Shown here: piece by piece, positions 12,930-25,500 of the stretch
Layout: each line of letters opens with the position of its first letter
How positions within the stretch are numbered: the stretch's first letter is position 1
Origin: Eledone cirrhosa
Lineage: Eukaryota
Direction of reading: 5' to 3'
Assembly (NCBI GenBank): GCA_964016885.1
Contig: OZ024740.1
Coordinates: 105,648,001 to 105,712,000, forward strand
DNA length: 64,000 bases
Translations under genes and position numbers: made by a program
The notes under the pieces: model-generated
Told to the model about the DNA's origin: nothing
The model's database searches: none
What the model saw: only the letters and a program-made list of their open reading frames with translations

Positions 12930-13750
12930 GTGTGCCTGTGTCTTCGTGTCTCTGTGTATGTGGTGTGTGTGTGAGGTTTGTGTGTATATGTATGTGTTCG
13001 TGTGTTTCTGTGTTTGTATGTGTAAGTCTGTGTATGTGTGTGTGTTTGTGTGTGTTCGTGTGTGTATGTGTGTGCGTTTGTGTGTGTTTGTGCGTGTGTG
13101 TGTGTGTGTATGTATGTGTGTGTTCGTGTGTATGTTTGTTTGTGTGTGTTTTTGTGTATGTATGTGTGCGTGAGTGTACGTGTCTGTGTGCATGTGTGGG
13201 TTTCTGTGTGTTTGTGTGATTGTGTGTGTTTGTGTGTTTTGTGTTTGTATGTGTGCGTGAGTGTACGTGCCTGTGTGTATGTTTGTATGTATCTATTTAT
13301 GTGTGTTCTTGTGTGTGTTTCTGTGTTTGTGTGAGTGTATGCGTTTTTATTTATGTGTATGAGTCTGTGTGTATGTGCGTGTTTGTGTGTGTGTTTTTTT
13401 ATGTGTCCGTGTTTGTGTTTGTATGCATGTGTGTGTGTGTTCGTGTATGTTCTTGTGTGTGAATGTATACGTTTGTATTTATGTGTGCGTGAGTGTGTGT
13501 GTGTCTGTGTGAGTGTGTCTGTGTGTGAGTGCGTGTGTGAGTGTGTGTGTGTACATTTTGCTTTGTATCAAATGGTCACAGCATTGCCGAATGTCTAAGA
13601 AGTTTGCTTCAAAATAACGAGGTCTCAGTTCTAGCCATACAGTTTGTGTGTGTGTATGTGTGTATGTGTGTATGTGTGTGTGTGTGTGGGGGGGGGTATG
13701 AGTGTATGTGTGTGTATGTGTATGCGAGTGTGTATGCGAGTGTGTGTGTG
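12930..13750. repeat. Degenerate (GT)n microsatellite region
   Basis: Directly visible. It explains the CV/HT-repeat ORFs. Confidence 0.9.
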
Positions 13751-14091
13751 TTTTACAATGATAGCCTTGCTTCTCCACAAGCCTTGTGACTGAAATTGGA
13801 CATATGAAAACCTAGTGGAAACCTGTGAAATGGATTTTATCTGTTCTCCAAAGGTTTGGCCTTGTTCCACAATGTAAGATGTTGGTGCCTTGCTGATGCA
13901 ATGGATATGGCTAGCTGCTCTTCACAACAAATCTTTCGCCATTTCGTCCACGAAATGAGATATGCTGTCCAGCCAAAGCTATTGAGTTCACTCCTTCCTT
14001 ATTCTTCTCTACTCTATTTTTCTTTCTCTTCATTTATTTTGTCTTTTAATTTCGTTAATTAAAGTATGTAGTATGTTAGCTTTATAGTACA

Positions 14092-16455
14092 CTAGCAGTA
14101 AAGCCCGGCATTGCTCGGGGTCGCTCAGTAGCTGTGTTAAAGTTACAATGTTAAGTTTCTTTTTTGGCTTATAACTGTAGTGTCTACTGTGCAGACTTGC
14201 ATGTGGTGTTTTTGATTAATATTCCCTCAACCAAAAATATGCCTTATGAAGTTAAGAAAACATAACGATAACCCGAATGTTATAACAAAAGAGGATGCTG
14301 GGGATAAAAACTGCACTGGTTATTTATTAACAAAGATTGAAAATGTAAACACTGCAACGCAGAGAAAAACAACGTAAGACGCTCAATGTAAACAGAACAA
14401 AGGGAAATAACACGTCACTTACGCTCACAAATCGATACATTAGATTCGATTTCGTCACATAGGGTGGGTCAATTTGAAATATTTTTTTTCCGATGTCTTC
14501 GCTAGGGCTCAATGTACAAGTATAGCAATTTCGGTGCAATTCCGTGAGAGATTCTAAGAGATGTGTGCCAAAAATCGATAGACAGACAGACAACCACAGC
14601 TTTATATATATAGACTAGCAGTAAAGCCCGGCGTTGCTCGGGGTCGCCCAGTAGCTGTGTTAAAGTTACAATGTTAAGTTTCTTTTTTGGCTTAAAGTCT
14701 GTCTGCACGACTGTCTGTCTGCACGCCTAACGAAATTTATAGACTTGTTTTCAAGTAAAAATATTGTTTTAAAAGGCTTTTAAATGGAAATGAAGCAAAA
14801 CGGAAGCTTAGTGTTCGAACTGATGAATTTTGCAGGTCAAAATTTTGCTGGCTCGACAACTGTTCGTGTATTGTGTTAATGTCATTTTAAACGCTGAGAA
14901 AGCCAGCGTAATTTTTTTAAGACGCTCAATGTAAACAGAACAAAGGGAAATAACTCGTCACTTACGCTCAAAAATCGATACATTAGATTCGATTTCGTCA
15001 CATAGGGTGGGTCAATTTGAAATATTTTTTTTCCGATGTCTTCGCTAGGGCTCAATGTACAAGTATAGCAATTTCGGTGCAATTCCGTCAGAGATTCTAA
15101 GAGGAGATGTGTGCCAAAAATCGATAGACAGACAGACAACCACAGCTTTATATATAGAGATGACATAATCAAAAACAAGAACTTATTTGAAAATTTATTT
15201 GACCGATGATTCCGCCGGACCTTCATCTATAAGTGTAGCAATTTCACCGAAATTTGAACGTACGGTTTAAGAGGAGATGTGTGCCGAAGGTTTTAGTAGA
15301 CAGACAGACAACCTCAGTTTTATATATATAGATGACATAATCAAAAAGAAGAACTTATTTGAAAATTTATTTGACCGATGGTTCCGCCGAACCTTCATCT
15401 ATAAGTGTAGCAATTTCACCGAAATTTGAACGTACGGTTTAAGAGGAGATGTGTGCCGAAGGTTTTAGTAGACAGACAGACAACCTCAGTTTTATATATA
15501 TAGACTAGCAGTAAAGCCCGGCGTTGCTCGGGGTCGCTCAGTAGCTGTGTTAAAGTTACAATGTTAAGTTTCTTTCTTGGCTTAAAAACTGTAGTGTCTA
15601 CTGTGCAGACTTGCATGTGGTGTTTTTGATTAATATTCCCTCAACCAACAATATGCCTTATGAAGTTAAGAAAACATAACGATAACCCAAATGTTATAAC
15701 AAAAGAGGATGCTGGGGATAGAAACTGCACTGGTTATTTATTAACAAAGATCGAAAATGTAAACACTGCAACGCAGAGAAAAACATTAGCGTAACCAAAT
15801 TATCAGTTATGTCTGTCTGCACGCCTATATCACCTCTCTGCACGACTGTCTGTCTGCACGCCTATATCACCTCTCTGCACGACTGTCAGTCTGCACGCCT
15901 ATATCACCTCTCTGCACGACTGTCTGTCTGCACGCCTATATCACCTCTCTGCACGACTATCTGTCTGCACGCGTATATCACCTCTCTGCACGACTGTCTG
16001 TCTGCACGACTGTCTGTCTGCACGACTGTCTGTCTGCACGCCTAACGACGAAATATTTGCTTGTTTTACGTAGTCTTTAAATAGACTTGTTTTCAAGTAA
16101 AAATATTGTTTTAAAATGCTTTTAAATGGAAATGAAGCAAAACGGAAGCTTAGTGTTCGAACGTGTATTGTGTTAATGTCATTTTAAACGCTGAGAAAGC
16201 CAGCGTAATTTTTTACGTAAGACGCTCAATGTAAACAGAACAAAGGGAAATAACTGATAACTTACGCTCAAAAATCGATACATTATATTCGATTTCGTCA
16301 CATAGGGTGGGTCAATTTGAAATATTTTTTTCCGATGTCTTCGCTAGGGCTCAATGTACAAGTATAGCAATTTCGGTGCAATTCCGTGAGAGATTCTAAG
16401 AGGAGATGTGTGCCAAAAATCGATAGACAGACAGACAACCACAGTTTTATATATA
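14092..16455 (-). mobile_element. Tandem cluster of non-autonomous Helitrons
   Basis: 3' ends (hairpin CCCGAGCAACGCCGGG plus CTAG) at 14092, 14615 and 15505. 5' ends TCTATATATATAAA at 14614, ~15158, 15332 and 15504. An internal ~36-bp minisatellite lies at 15810-16045. Confidence 0.88.
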
Positions 16456-17923
16456 TCTATATATATAAAACTGTGGTTGTCTGTCTGTCTATCGATTTTT
16501 GGCACACATCTCCTCTTAGAATCTCTCACGGAATTGCACCGAAATTGCTATACTTGTACATTGAGCCCTAGCGAAGACATCGGAAAAAAAATATTTCAAA
16601 TTGACCCGCCCTATCTGACGAAATCGAATATAATGTATCGATTTTTGAGCGTAAGTGATCAGTTATTTCCCTTTGTTCTGTTTACATTGAGCGTCTGCGT
16701 GCAAAAATTAAAAAAATTACGCTGGCTTTCTCAGCGTTTAAAATGACATTAACACAATAATTTTTACTTGAAAACAAGTCTATTTAAAGACTACGTAAAA
16801 CAAGCAAATATTTCGTAAAAAAAAGCAAAAATTATATAAGTTTATTTAAAATATATGTATCTGTAAATTTCGTTAGGCGTGCAGTCAGTTTTATATATAT
16901 AGATGATAAACAATAATATCCTCTATGAGGTCACTAAACCTGCTAGAAACAGCAGCTAACTCTCCCTCATATCACACCACTCCCTACTGTCTTAAATTTA
17001 GAAAACACATATCCTCTATGAGGTTACTAAACCTGCTAGAAACAGCAGCTAACTCTCCCTCATATCACACCACTCCCTACTGTCTTAAATTTAGAAAACA
17101 CATATCCTCTATGAGGTTACTAAACCTGCTAGAAACAGCAGCTAACTCTCCCCCATATCATACCCCTCCCTACAGTCTTAAATTTAGAAAACATATCTTC
17201 TATGAGGTCACTAAACCTGCTAGAAACAGCAGCTAACTCTCCCTCATATCACACCCCTCCCTACTGTCTTAAATTTAGAAAACATATCCTCTATGAGGTC
17301 ACTAAACCTGCTAGAAACAGCAGCTAACTCTCCCCCATATCACACCCCTCTCTACTGTCTTAAATTTAGAAAACATATCTTCTATGAGGTCACTAAACCT
17401 GCTAGAAACAGCAGCTAACTCTCCCTCATATCACACCACTCCCTACTGTCTTAAATTTAGAAAACACATATCCTCTATGAGGTCACTAAACCTGCTAGAA
17501 ACAGCAGCTAACTCTCCCTCATATCACACCACTCCCTACTGTCTTAAATTTAGAAAACACATATCCTCTATGAGGTCACTAAACCTGCTAGAAACAACAG
17601 CTAACTCTCCCTCATATCACAACCCTCCCTACTGTCTTAAATTTAGAAAACACACAGACAACCATGCAGAACAACTCCATCGCAGCTCTGTTGTTCGGCT
17701 GGCATCGTCTACTCGCGTGTTGCGCAAGTACTGTGAAACAATAAATTTCAACACTTTTTTGCACAGAGATAATATCCATAGGCGAAACTACAATTGTCAC
17801 TGCTGGCGCAGCTCATGCTTCCAGGTCTGCAATTCATTCACCCAGTGCTTGGCAGACAAAAAAGTGCTGCAACCTAACTTTGGTAACTTAATGACCCCGA
17901 GCAACGCCGGGCTTTAATGCTAG
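16456..17923 (+). mobile_element. Composite non-autonomous Helitron carrying a ~93-bp tandem array
   Basis: TCTATATATATAAAACTG at 16456 and hairpin plus CTAG|T at 17920-17924. Confidence 0.7.
16915..17655 (+). repeat. ~91-93-bp tandem repeat, about 8 units
   Basis: Unit 'ctatgaggtcactaaacctgctagaaacagcagctaactctccc..ccctactgtcttaaatttagaaaaca'. Confidence 0.95.
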
Positions 17924-18559
17924 TAGATTATAAAATTGTCTGTGGAATACGCATCCATTTACACGCTAATTCAATGAGGAGGCAGTTTGATAGAATAACT
18001 GAACACTCATCATCGAAACAGATGAATATCCATTTTACTGTCTTAATATACGATTCTTTCGAGTTCTTTATACTTTATGGTCAACTTACGTTACGGTTTT
18101 AAAATTCATTACACTCCATACTACATCGGACGGCAAAGTCGGAAACAGGGTAGAGTGCCGGACAAATGTGTTATATAAATTCGTCCTTTTTTTTTTACAT
18201 ACTGGGATCTAAACTTGCTGAGATTGACTTTGCTTTTCATCCATCCGGAATCTATAAAATCAGTACCAGTAATATACTAGGGACAAGTTCAGTGACTTTG
18301 ACTGCTTCCTCTTATACAATATATATTCTGCTAATATAATAATCGATACTTATGTTGTTGTCGTTGTTGTTATTTAGCTGCAGGTTATATTTGCTTGCAC
18401 GCGTCTATGTTCAAAGCGTTTAGCCCTTGACCATCGCGTTGTTTTTATTTCTATGTGGCTCTATGTTAGACCTAATTGATCAGACCTATGGTCAAAGCCA
18501 TTTGAGTCGAGGTAGTCACGTCTTATGTATGACTTGGGATATATTATATGATGTTTTCT

Positions 18560-19125
18560 TTATAATTTAAGGCGGTGGGATGTGGTTTAAGGAATAGATG
18601 GCTGCAATTTCCTGGTCTCATTACAATGTAGTTTTATTTTTCAAAATATAATACTTTTATAAATTCACATGTCTTCTTCATTTTTTAAGGTGGTAGGGTG
18701 AAATGTGAGGGATATTGGCAGCATTTTATAGATTCAAATATTTCCTTCGTGTTTTAAAGCGGTAGGGTGTAATGTGAGGGTTATTGGCAGATTTGTCTAG
18801 TACGCTCAACGACTGTATAGGTGACCTCTCTCTCTCTGACCAGAAAATATTTATTTTTAAGACAGCTGGGTGAGATTTGATTGATTATGTGGCTGCTTTT
18901 TGTAACGTCGAACGACCGTGTGGAAGCTATGACTTTGGTTTGAATGATTTTCAGATGATATGATGTGCTTTGAGAGACATTTGACTGCTGTTTCCGGTAT
19001 ATCAAACGATTGTATAAAGGCTTAATCCTATCTCTTTCTTTGACATGAATCACTATATTTTTTTTTCATACAGTAATATGAAATTTGAGGGATATTTAGC
19101 TACTATTTCTATCCGGTTGAGCGAC
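18560..19125 (-). repeat. Old diverged copies of the same ~90-bp motif
   Basis: Recurring 'tttaag.cggtagggtgtaat.tgaggg.tatt.ggc.gc..ttt.tag', the reverse complement of the unit above. Single copies also occur near 36880, 47350, 47790 and 59210. Confidence 0.6.
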
Positions 19126-19537
19126 TACATTATGCTTTCTCCTTCGAGTTGATTATCAATATTCACTCTACTATTTAGTAAGTATCATAGTGCCAGGGAT
19201 AAGCAGGCTATAAGTTGGAAAAAATGACCGAAGCTATTTCATTTGATATGTGTTACTGTTGTCATTGAGAAATAAAAGAACGTCTCCTGTAACGTGACAG
19301 TCTCTGTCCTTTTAAACGTGAATTTCAGAATTGGTAGATAAATACCAATAATTATTTCACTGTACAAAATACACAACATCTATTCAGATTGTGGATACGT
19401 TTCGAGTGTACTTCAATCTATCCTCCATATCATATCAATATTTGACATTTCTTATCTATAATACAAACTAATCGTTCGTTTTCGTGTTTTGGTGTTGTGT
19501 GAGATAATTTTTCAGCCGATACTTCATGTAAAATGTC

Positions 19538-22500
19538 GTGTGTGTGTGTGTATGTGTGTGTCGGTATGTACATCTGTGTTAATGTGTGAATGTATCTGTG
19601 TTAGTGTGTATGTATCTGTGTTAGTGTGTATGTATCTATGTTAGTGTGTGCGTATCTGTGTTAGTGTGTGTATCTGTGTTAGTGTGTGTATCTGTGTTAG
19701 TGTGTGTATCTGTGTTAGGGTGTGTGTATCTGTGTTAGTGTGTGTGTATCTGTGTTAGTGTGTGTATCTGTGTTAGTGTGTGAATCTGTGTTAGTGTGTG
19801 TGTATCTGTGTTAGTGTGTTTATCTGTGTTAGTGTGTGTATCTGTGTTAGTGTGTATGTATCTATGTTAGTGTGTGCGTATCTGTATTAGTGTGTGTGTA
19901 TCTGTGTTAGTGTGTGTATCTGTGTTAGTGTGTGTATCTGTGTTAGTGTGTGTATCTGTGTTAGTGTGTGTGTATCTGTGTTAGTGTGTGTATCTGTGTT
20001 AGTGTGTGAATCTGTGTTAGTGTGTGTGTATCTGTGTTAGTGTGTGTATCTGTGTTAGTGTGTATGTATCTATGTTAGTGTGTGCGTATCTGTATTAGTG
20101 TGTGTGTATCTGTGTTAGTGTGTGTATCTGTGTTAGTGTGTGTATCTGTGTTAATGTGTATGTATCTATGTTAGTGTGTGCGTATCTGTATTAGTGTGTG
20201 TGTATCTGTGTTAGTGTGTGTATCTGTGTTAGTGTCTGTATATCTATATTAGTGTGTGTGTATCTGTGTTAGTGTGTGTATCTGTGTTAGTGTGTTTATA
20301 TCTGTGTTAGTGTGTGTTAGTGTGTGTATCTGTATTAGTGTGTGTGTATCTGTGTTAGTGTGTGTATCTGTGTTAGTGTGTGTATCTGTGTTAGCGTGTG
20401 TATATCTGTGTTAGTGTGTGTATCTGTGTTAGTGTGTGTATCTGTGGTAGTGTGTGTATCTGTGGTAGTGTGTGTGTATCTGTGTTAGTGTGTTTATCTG
20501 TGTTAGTGTGTGTATCTGTGTTAGTGTGTGTATCTGTGGTAGTGTGTGTGAATCTGTGTTAGTGTGTGTATCCGTGTTAGTGTGTGTGTGTATCTGTGTT
20601 AGTGAGTGTGTATCTGTGTTAGTGTGTGTATCTGTGTTAGTGTGTGTGTATCTGTGTTAGTGTGTGTATCTGTGTTAGTGTGTGTATCTGTGTTAGTGTG
20701 TGAATCTGTGTTAGTGTGTGTGTATCTGTGTTAGTGTGTGTATCTGTGGTAGTGTGTGTATCTAGTGTTAGTGTGTGAATCTGTGTTAGTGTGTGTGTAT
20801 CTGTGTTAGTGTGTGTATCTGTGTTAGTGTGTGAATCTGTGTTAGTGTGTGTGTATCTGTGTTAGTGTGTGTATCTGTGTTAGTGTGTGTATCTGTGGTA
20901 GTGTGTGTATCTAGTGTTAGTGTGTGAATCTGTATAAGTGTGTGTGTATCTGTGTTAGTGTGTGTATCTGTGTTAGTGTGTGAATCTGTGTTAGTGTGTG
21001 TATCTGTGTTAGTATGTGTGTATCTGTGTTAGTGTGTGTGTATCTTTGTTAGTGTGTGTATCTGTGTTAGTGTGTGAATCTGTGTTAGTGTGTGTATCTG
21101 TGTTAGTGTGTGTAACTGTGTTAGTGTGTGTATCTGTGTTAGTGTGTGTGTATCTTTGTTAGTGTGTGTATCTGTGTTAGTGGGTGTATCTGTGTTAGTG
21201 TGTGTATCTGTGTTAGTGTGTGCATCTGTGTTAGTGTGTGTATCTGTGTTAGTGCGTGTATCTGTGTTAGTGTGTGCATCTGTGTTAGTGTGTGTATCTG
21301 TTTTAGTGTGTGTATCTGTGTTAGTGTGTGCAGCTGTGTTAGTGTGTGTATCTGTATTAGTCTGTGTGTATCTGTGTTAGTGTGTGTATCTGTGTTAGTG
21401 TGTATGTATCTATGTTAGTGTGTGTATCTGTGTTAGTGTGTGTGTATCTATGTTAGTGTGTGTGTATCTGTGTTAGTGTGTGAATCTGTGTTAGTGTGTG
21501 TGTATCTGTGGTAGTGTGTGTAACTGTGTTAGTGTGTGTATCTGAGTTAGTGTGTGTATCTGTGTTAGTGTGTGCATCTGTGTTAGTGTGTGTATCTGTG
21601 TTAGTGTGTGTATCTGTGTTAGTGTGTGCATCTGTGTTAGTGTGTGTATCTGTGTTAGTGTGTGTATCTGTGTTAGTGTGTGCATCTGTGTTAGTGTGTG
21701 TATCTGTGATAGGATGTGTATCTGTATTAGTGTGTGTGTATCTGTGTTAGTGTGTGTATCTGTGTTAGTGTGTGTATCTGTGTTAGTGCGTGCATCTGTG
21801 TTAGTGTGTGTATCTGTGGTAGTGTGTGTAACTGTGTTAGTGTGTGTATCTGAGTTAGTGTGTGTATCTGTGTTAGTGTGTGTATCTGTGATAGGATGTG
21901 TATCTGTGTTAGTGTGTATCTGTGTTAGTCTGTGTGTATCTGTGAAAGTGTGTGTGTATCTGTGTTAGTGTGTGTGTATCCGTGTTAGTGTGTGAATCTG
22001 TGTTAGTGTGTGTGTATCTGTGGTAGTGTGTCTAACTGTGTTAGTGTGTGTATCTGTGTTAGTGTGTGTATCTGTGTTAGTGTGTGTATCTGTGTTAGTG
22101 TGTGTATCTGTGTTAGTGTGTGTATCTGTGTCAGTGTGTGTGTATCTGGGTTATTGTGTGTATCCGTGATGGTGTGTGTATCTGTGTTAGTGTGTGTATC
22201 TGTGTTAGTGTGTGTATCTGTGTCAGTGTGTGTGTATCTGGGCTATTGTGTGTATCCGTGATAGTGTGTGTATCTGTGTTAGTGTGTGTATCTGTGTTAG
22301 TGTGTGTATCTGTGTCAGTGTGTGTGTATCTGGGCTATTGTGTGTATCGTGATAGTGTGTGTATCTGTATTAGTGTGTGTATCTGTGTTAGTGTCTGTAT
22401 ATCTATATTAGTGTGTGTGTATCTGTGTTAGTGTGTGTATCTGTGTTAGTGTGTTTATATCTGTGTTAGTGTGTGTTAGTGTGTGTATCTGTATTAGTGT

Positions 22501-25500
22501 GTGTGTATCTGTGTTAGTGTGTGTATCTGTGTTAGTGTGTGTATCTGTGTTAGCGTGTGTATATCTGTGTTAGTGTGTGTATCTGTGTTAGTGTGTGTAT
22601 CTGTGGTAGTGTGTGTATCTGTGGTAGTGTGTGTGTATCTGTGTTAGTGTGTTTATCTGTGTTAGTGTGTGTATCTGTGTTAGTGTGTGTATCTGTGGTA
22701 GTGTGTGTGAATCTGTGTTAGTGTGTGTATCCGTGTTAGTGTGTGTGTGTATCTGTGTTAGTGAGTGTGTATCTGTGTTAGTGTGTGTATCTGTGTTAGT
22801 GTGTGTGTATCTGTGTTAGTGTGTGTATCTGTGTTAGTGTGTGTATCTGTGTTAGTGTGTGAATCTGTGTTAGTGTGTGTGTATCTGTGTTAGTGTGTGT
22901 ATCTGTGGTAGTGTGTGTATCTAGTGTTAGTGTGTGAATCTGTGTTAGTGTGTGTGTATCTGTGTTAGTGTGTGTATCTGTGTTAGTGTGTGAATCTGTG
23001 TTAGTGTGTGTGTATCTGTGTTAGTGTGTGTATCTGTGTTAGTGTGTGTATCTGTGGTAGTGTGTGTATCTAGTGTTAGTGTGTGAATCTGTATAAGTGT
23101 GTGTGTATCTGTGTTAGTGTGTGTATCTGTGTTAGTGTGTGAATCTGTGTTAGTGTGTGTATCTGTGTTAGTATGTGTGTATCTGTGTTAGTGTGTGTGT
23201 ATCTTTGTTAGTGTGTGTATCTGTGTTAGTGTGTGAATCTGTGTTAGTGTGTGTATCTGTGTTAGTGTGTGTAACTGTGTTAGTGTGTGTATCTGTGTTA
23301 GTGTGTGTGTATCTTTGTTAGTGTGTGTATCTGTGTTAGTGGGTGTATCTGTGTTAGTGTGTGTATCTGTGTTAGTGTGTGCATCTGTGTTAGTGTGTGT
23401 ATCTGTGTTAGTGCGTGTATCTGTGTTAGTGTGTGCATCTGTGTTAGTGTGTGTATCTGTTTTAGTGTGTGTATCTGTGTTAGTGTGTGCAGCTGTGTTA
23501 GTGTGTGTATCTGTATTAGTCTGTGTGTATCTGTGTTAGTGTGTGTATCTGTGTTAGTGTGTATGTATCTATGTTAGTGTGTGTATCTGTGTTAGTGTGT
23601 GTGTATCTATGTTAGTGTGTGTGTATCTGTGTTAGTGTGTGAATCTGTGTTAGTGTGTGTGTATCTGTGGTAGTGTGTGTAACTGTGTTAGTGTGTGTAT
23701 CTGAGTTAGTGTGTGTATCTGTGTTAGTGTGTGCATCTGTGTTAGTGTGTGTATCTGTGTTAGTGTGTGTATCTGTGTTAGTGTGTGCATCTGTGTTAGT
23801 GTGTGTATCTGTGTTAGTGTGTGTATCTGTGTTAGTGTGTGCATCTGTGTTAGTGTGTGTATCTGTGATAGGATGTGTATCTGTATTAGTGTGTGTGTAT
23901 CTGTGTTAGTGTGTGTATCTGTGTTAGTGTGTGTATCTGTGTTAGTGCGTGCATCTGTGTTAGTGTGTGTATCTGTGGTAGTGTGTGTAACTGTGTTAGT
24001 GTGTGTATCTGAGTTAGTGTGTGTATCTGTGTTAGTGTGTGTATCTGTGATAGGATGTGTATCTGTGTTAGTGTGTATCTGTGTTAGTCTGTGTGTATCT
24101 GTGAAAGTGTGTGTGTATCTGTGTTAGTGTGTGTGTATCCGTGTTAGTGTGTGAATCTGTGTTAGTGTGTGTGTATCTGTGGTAGTGTGTCTAACTGTGT
24201 TAGTGTGTGTATCTGTGTTAGTGTGTGTATCTGTGTTAGTGTGTGTATCTGTGTTAGTGTGTGTATCTGTGTTAGTGTGTGTATCTGTGTCAGTGTGTGT
24301 GTATCTGGGTTATTGTGTGTATCCGTGATGGTGTGTGTATCTGTGTTAGTGTGTGTATCTGTGTTAGTGTGTGTATCTGTGTCAGTGTGTGTGTATCTGG
24401 GCTATTGTGTGTATCCGTGATAGTGTGTGTATCTGTGTTAGTGTGTGTATCTGTGTTAGTGTGTGTATCTGTGTCAGTGTGTGTGTATCTGGGCTATTGT
24501 GTGTATCGTGATAGTGTGTGTATCTGTATTAGTGTGTGTATCTGTGTTAGTGTGTGTGTATCTGTGTTAGTGTGTGTATCTGTGTTAGTGTGTGTATCTG
24601 TGTTTTTGTGTGTATCTGTTTTAGTGTATGTGTATCTGTGTTAGTGTGTGTATCTGTGTTAGTGTGTGTGTATGTGTGTTAGTGTGCGTGTATTTGTGTT
24701 AGTGTAGGTGTGTCTGTGTTAGTGTGTGTTTATGTGTGTTAGTGTGTGCATCTGTGTTAGTGTGTGTGTATCTGTGTTAGTGTATGTATCTGTGTTAGTG
24801 TGTGTATCTGTGTTAGTGTGTGTGTATCTGTGTTAGTGCGTGTGAATCTGTGTTAGTGTGTGTGTATCTGGGCTACAGTGTGTATCTGTGATGGTGTGTG
24901 TATATGTGTTAGTGTGTGTGTGTATCTGTGTTAGTGTGTGTGTATCTGTGTTAGCGTGTGTGTATCTGTGTTCGTGTGTGTGTTTCTGTGTTAGTGTGTG
25001 TATCTGTGTTAGTGTGTGTGTATCTCTGTTAGTCTGTGTGTAACTGTGTAAGTGTGTATCTGTGTTAGTGTGTGTATCTGTGTTAGTGTGTGTATCTCTG
25101 TTAGTCTGTGTGTAACTGTGTAAGTGTGTATCTGTGTTAGTGTGTGTATCTGTGTTAGTGAGTGTATCTGTCTTAGGGTGTGTGTATCTGTGTTAGTCAG
25201 TGTGTATCTGTGTTAGTGTGGGTGCATCTGTGTTAGTCTGTGTATTTGTGTTAGTGTGTGTGTATCTCTGATAGTCTGTGTGCATCTATGTAAGTGTGTA
25301 TCTGAGTTAGTGTGTGTATCTGTGTTAGTGTGTGTATCTGTGTTACTGTCTGTGTATCTGTGTAAGTGTGTATCTGTGTTAGTGTGTGTGTATCTGTGTG
25401 AGTGTGTGTATCTGTGTATCTATGTTAGTGTGTGTGTATCTGAGTTAGTGTGTGTGTTTGGTAGTGTGTGTATATGCGTTAGTGTGTGTATCTCTGTTAG

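Noticed and set aside
13775-13990. Possible host exon or old LINE RT remnant
   Set aside because: There are stops in all frames and only a vague resemblance.
16915-17655. Regular repeat array as a CRISPR or repeat protein (ORFs 16925, 17384)
   Set aside because: There are no unique spacers, the context is eukaryotic, and unit length alternates so frames break.
17800-17870. Minus-strand peptide TFLSAKHWVNELQ resembling a Rab GTPase segment (captured exon?)
   Set aside because: The match is too short, the second copy has a stop, and flanking G-motifs are absent.
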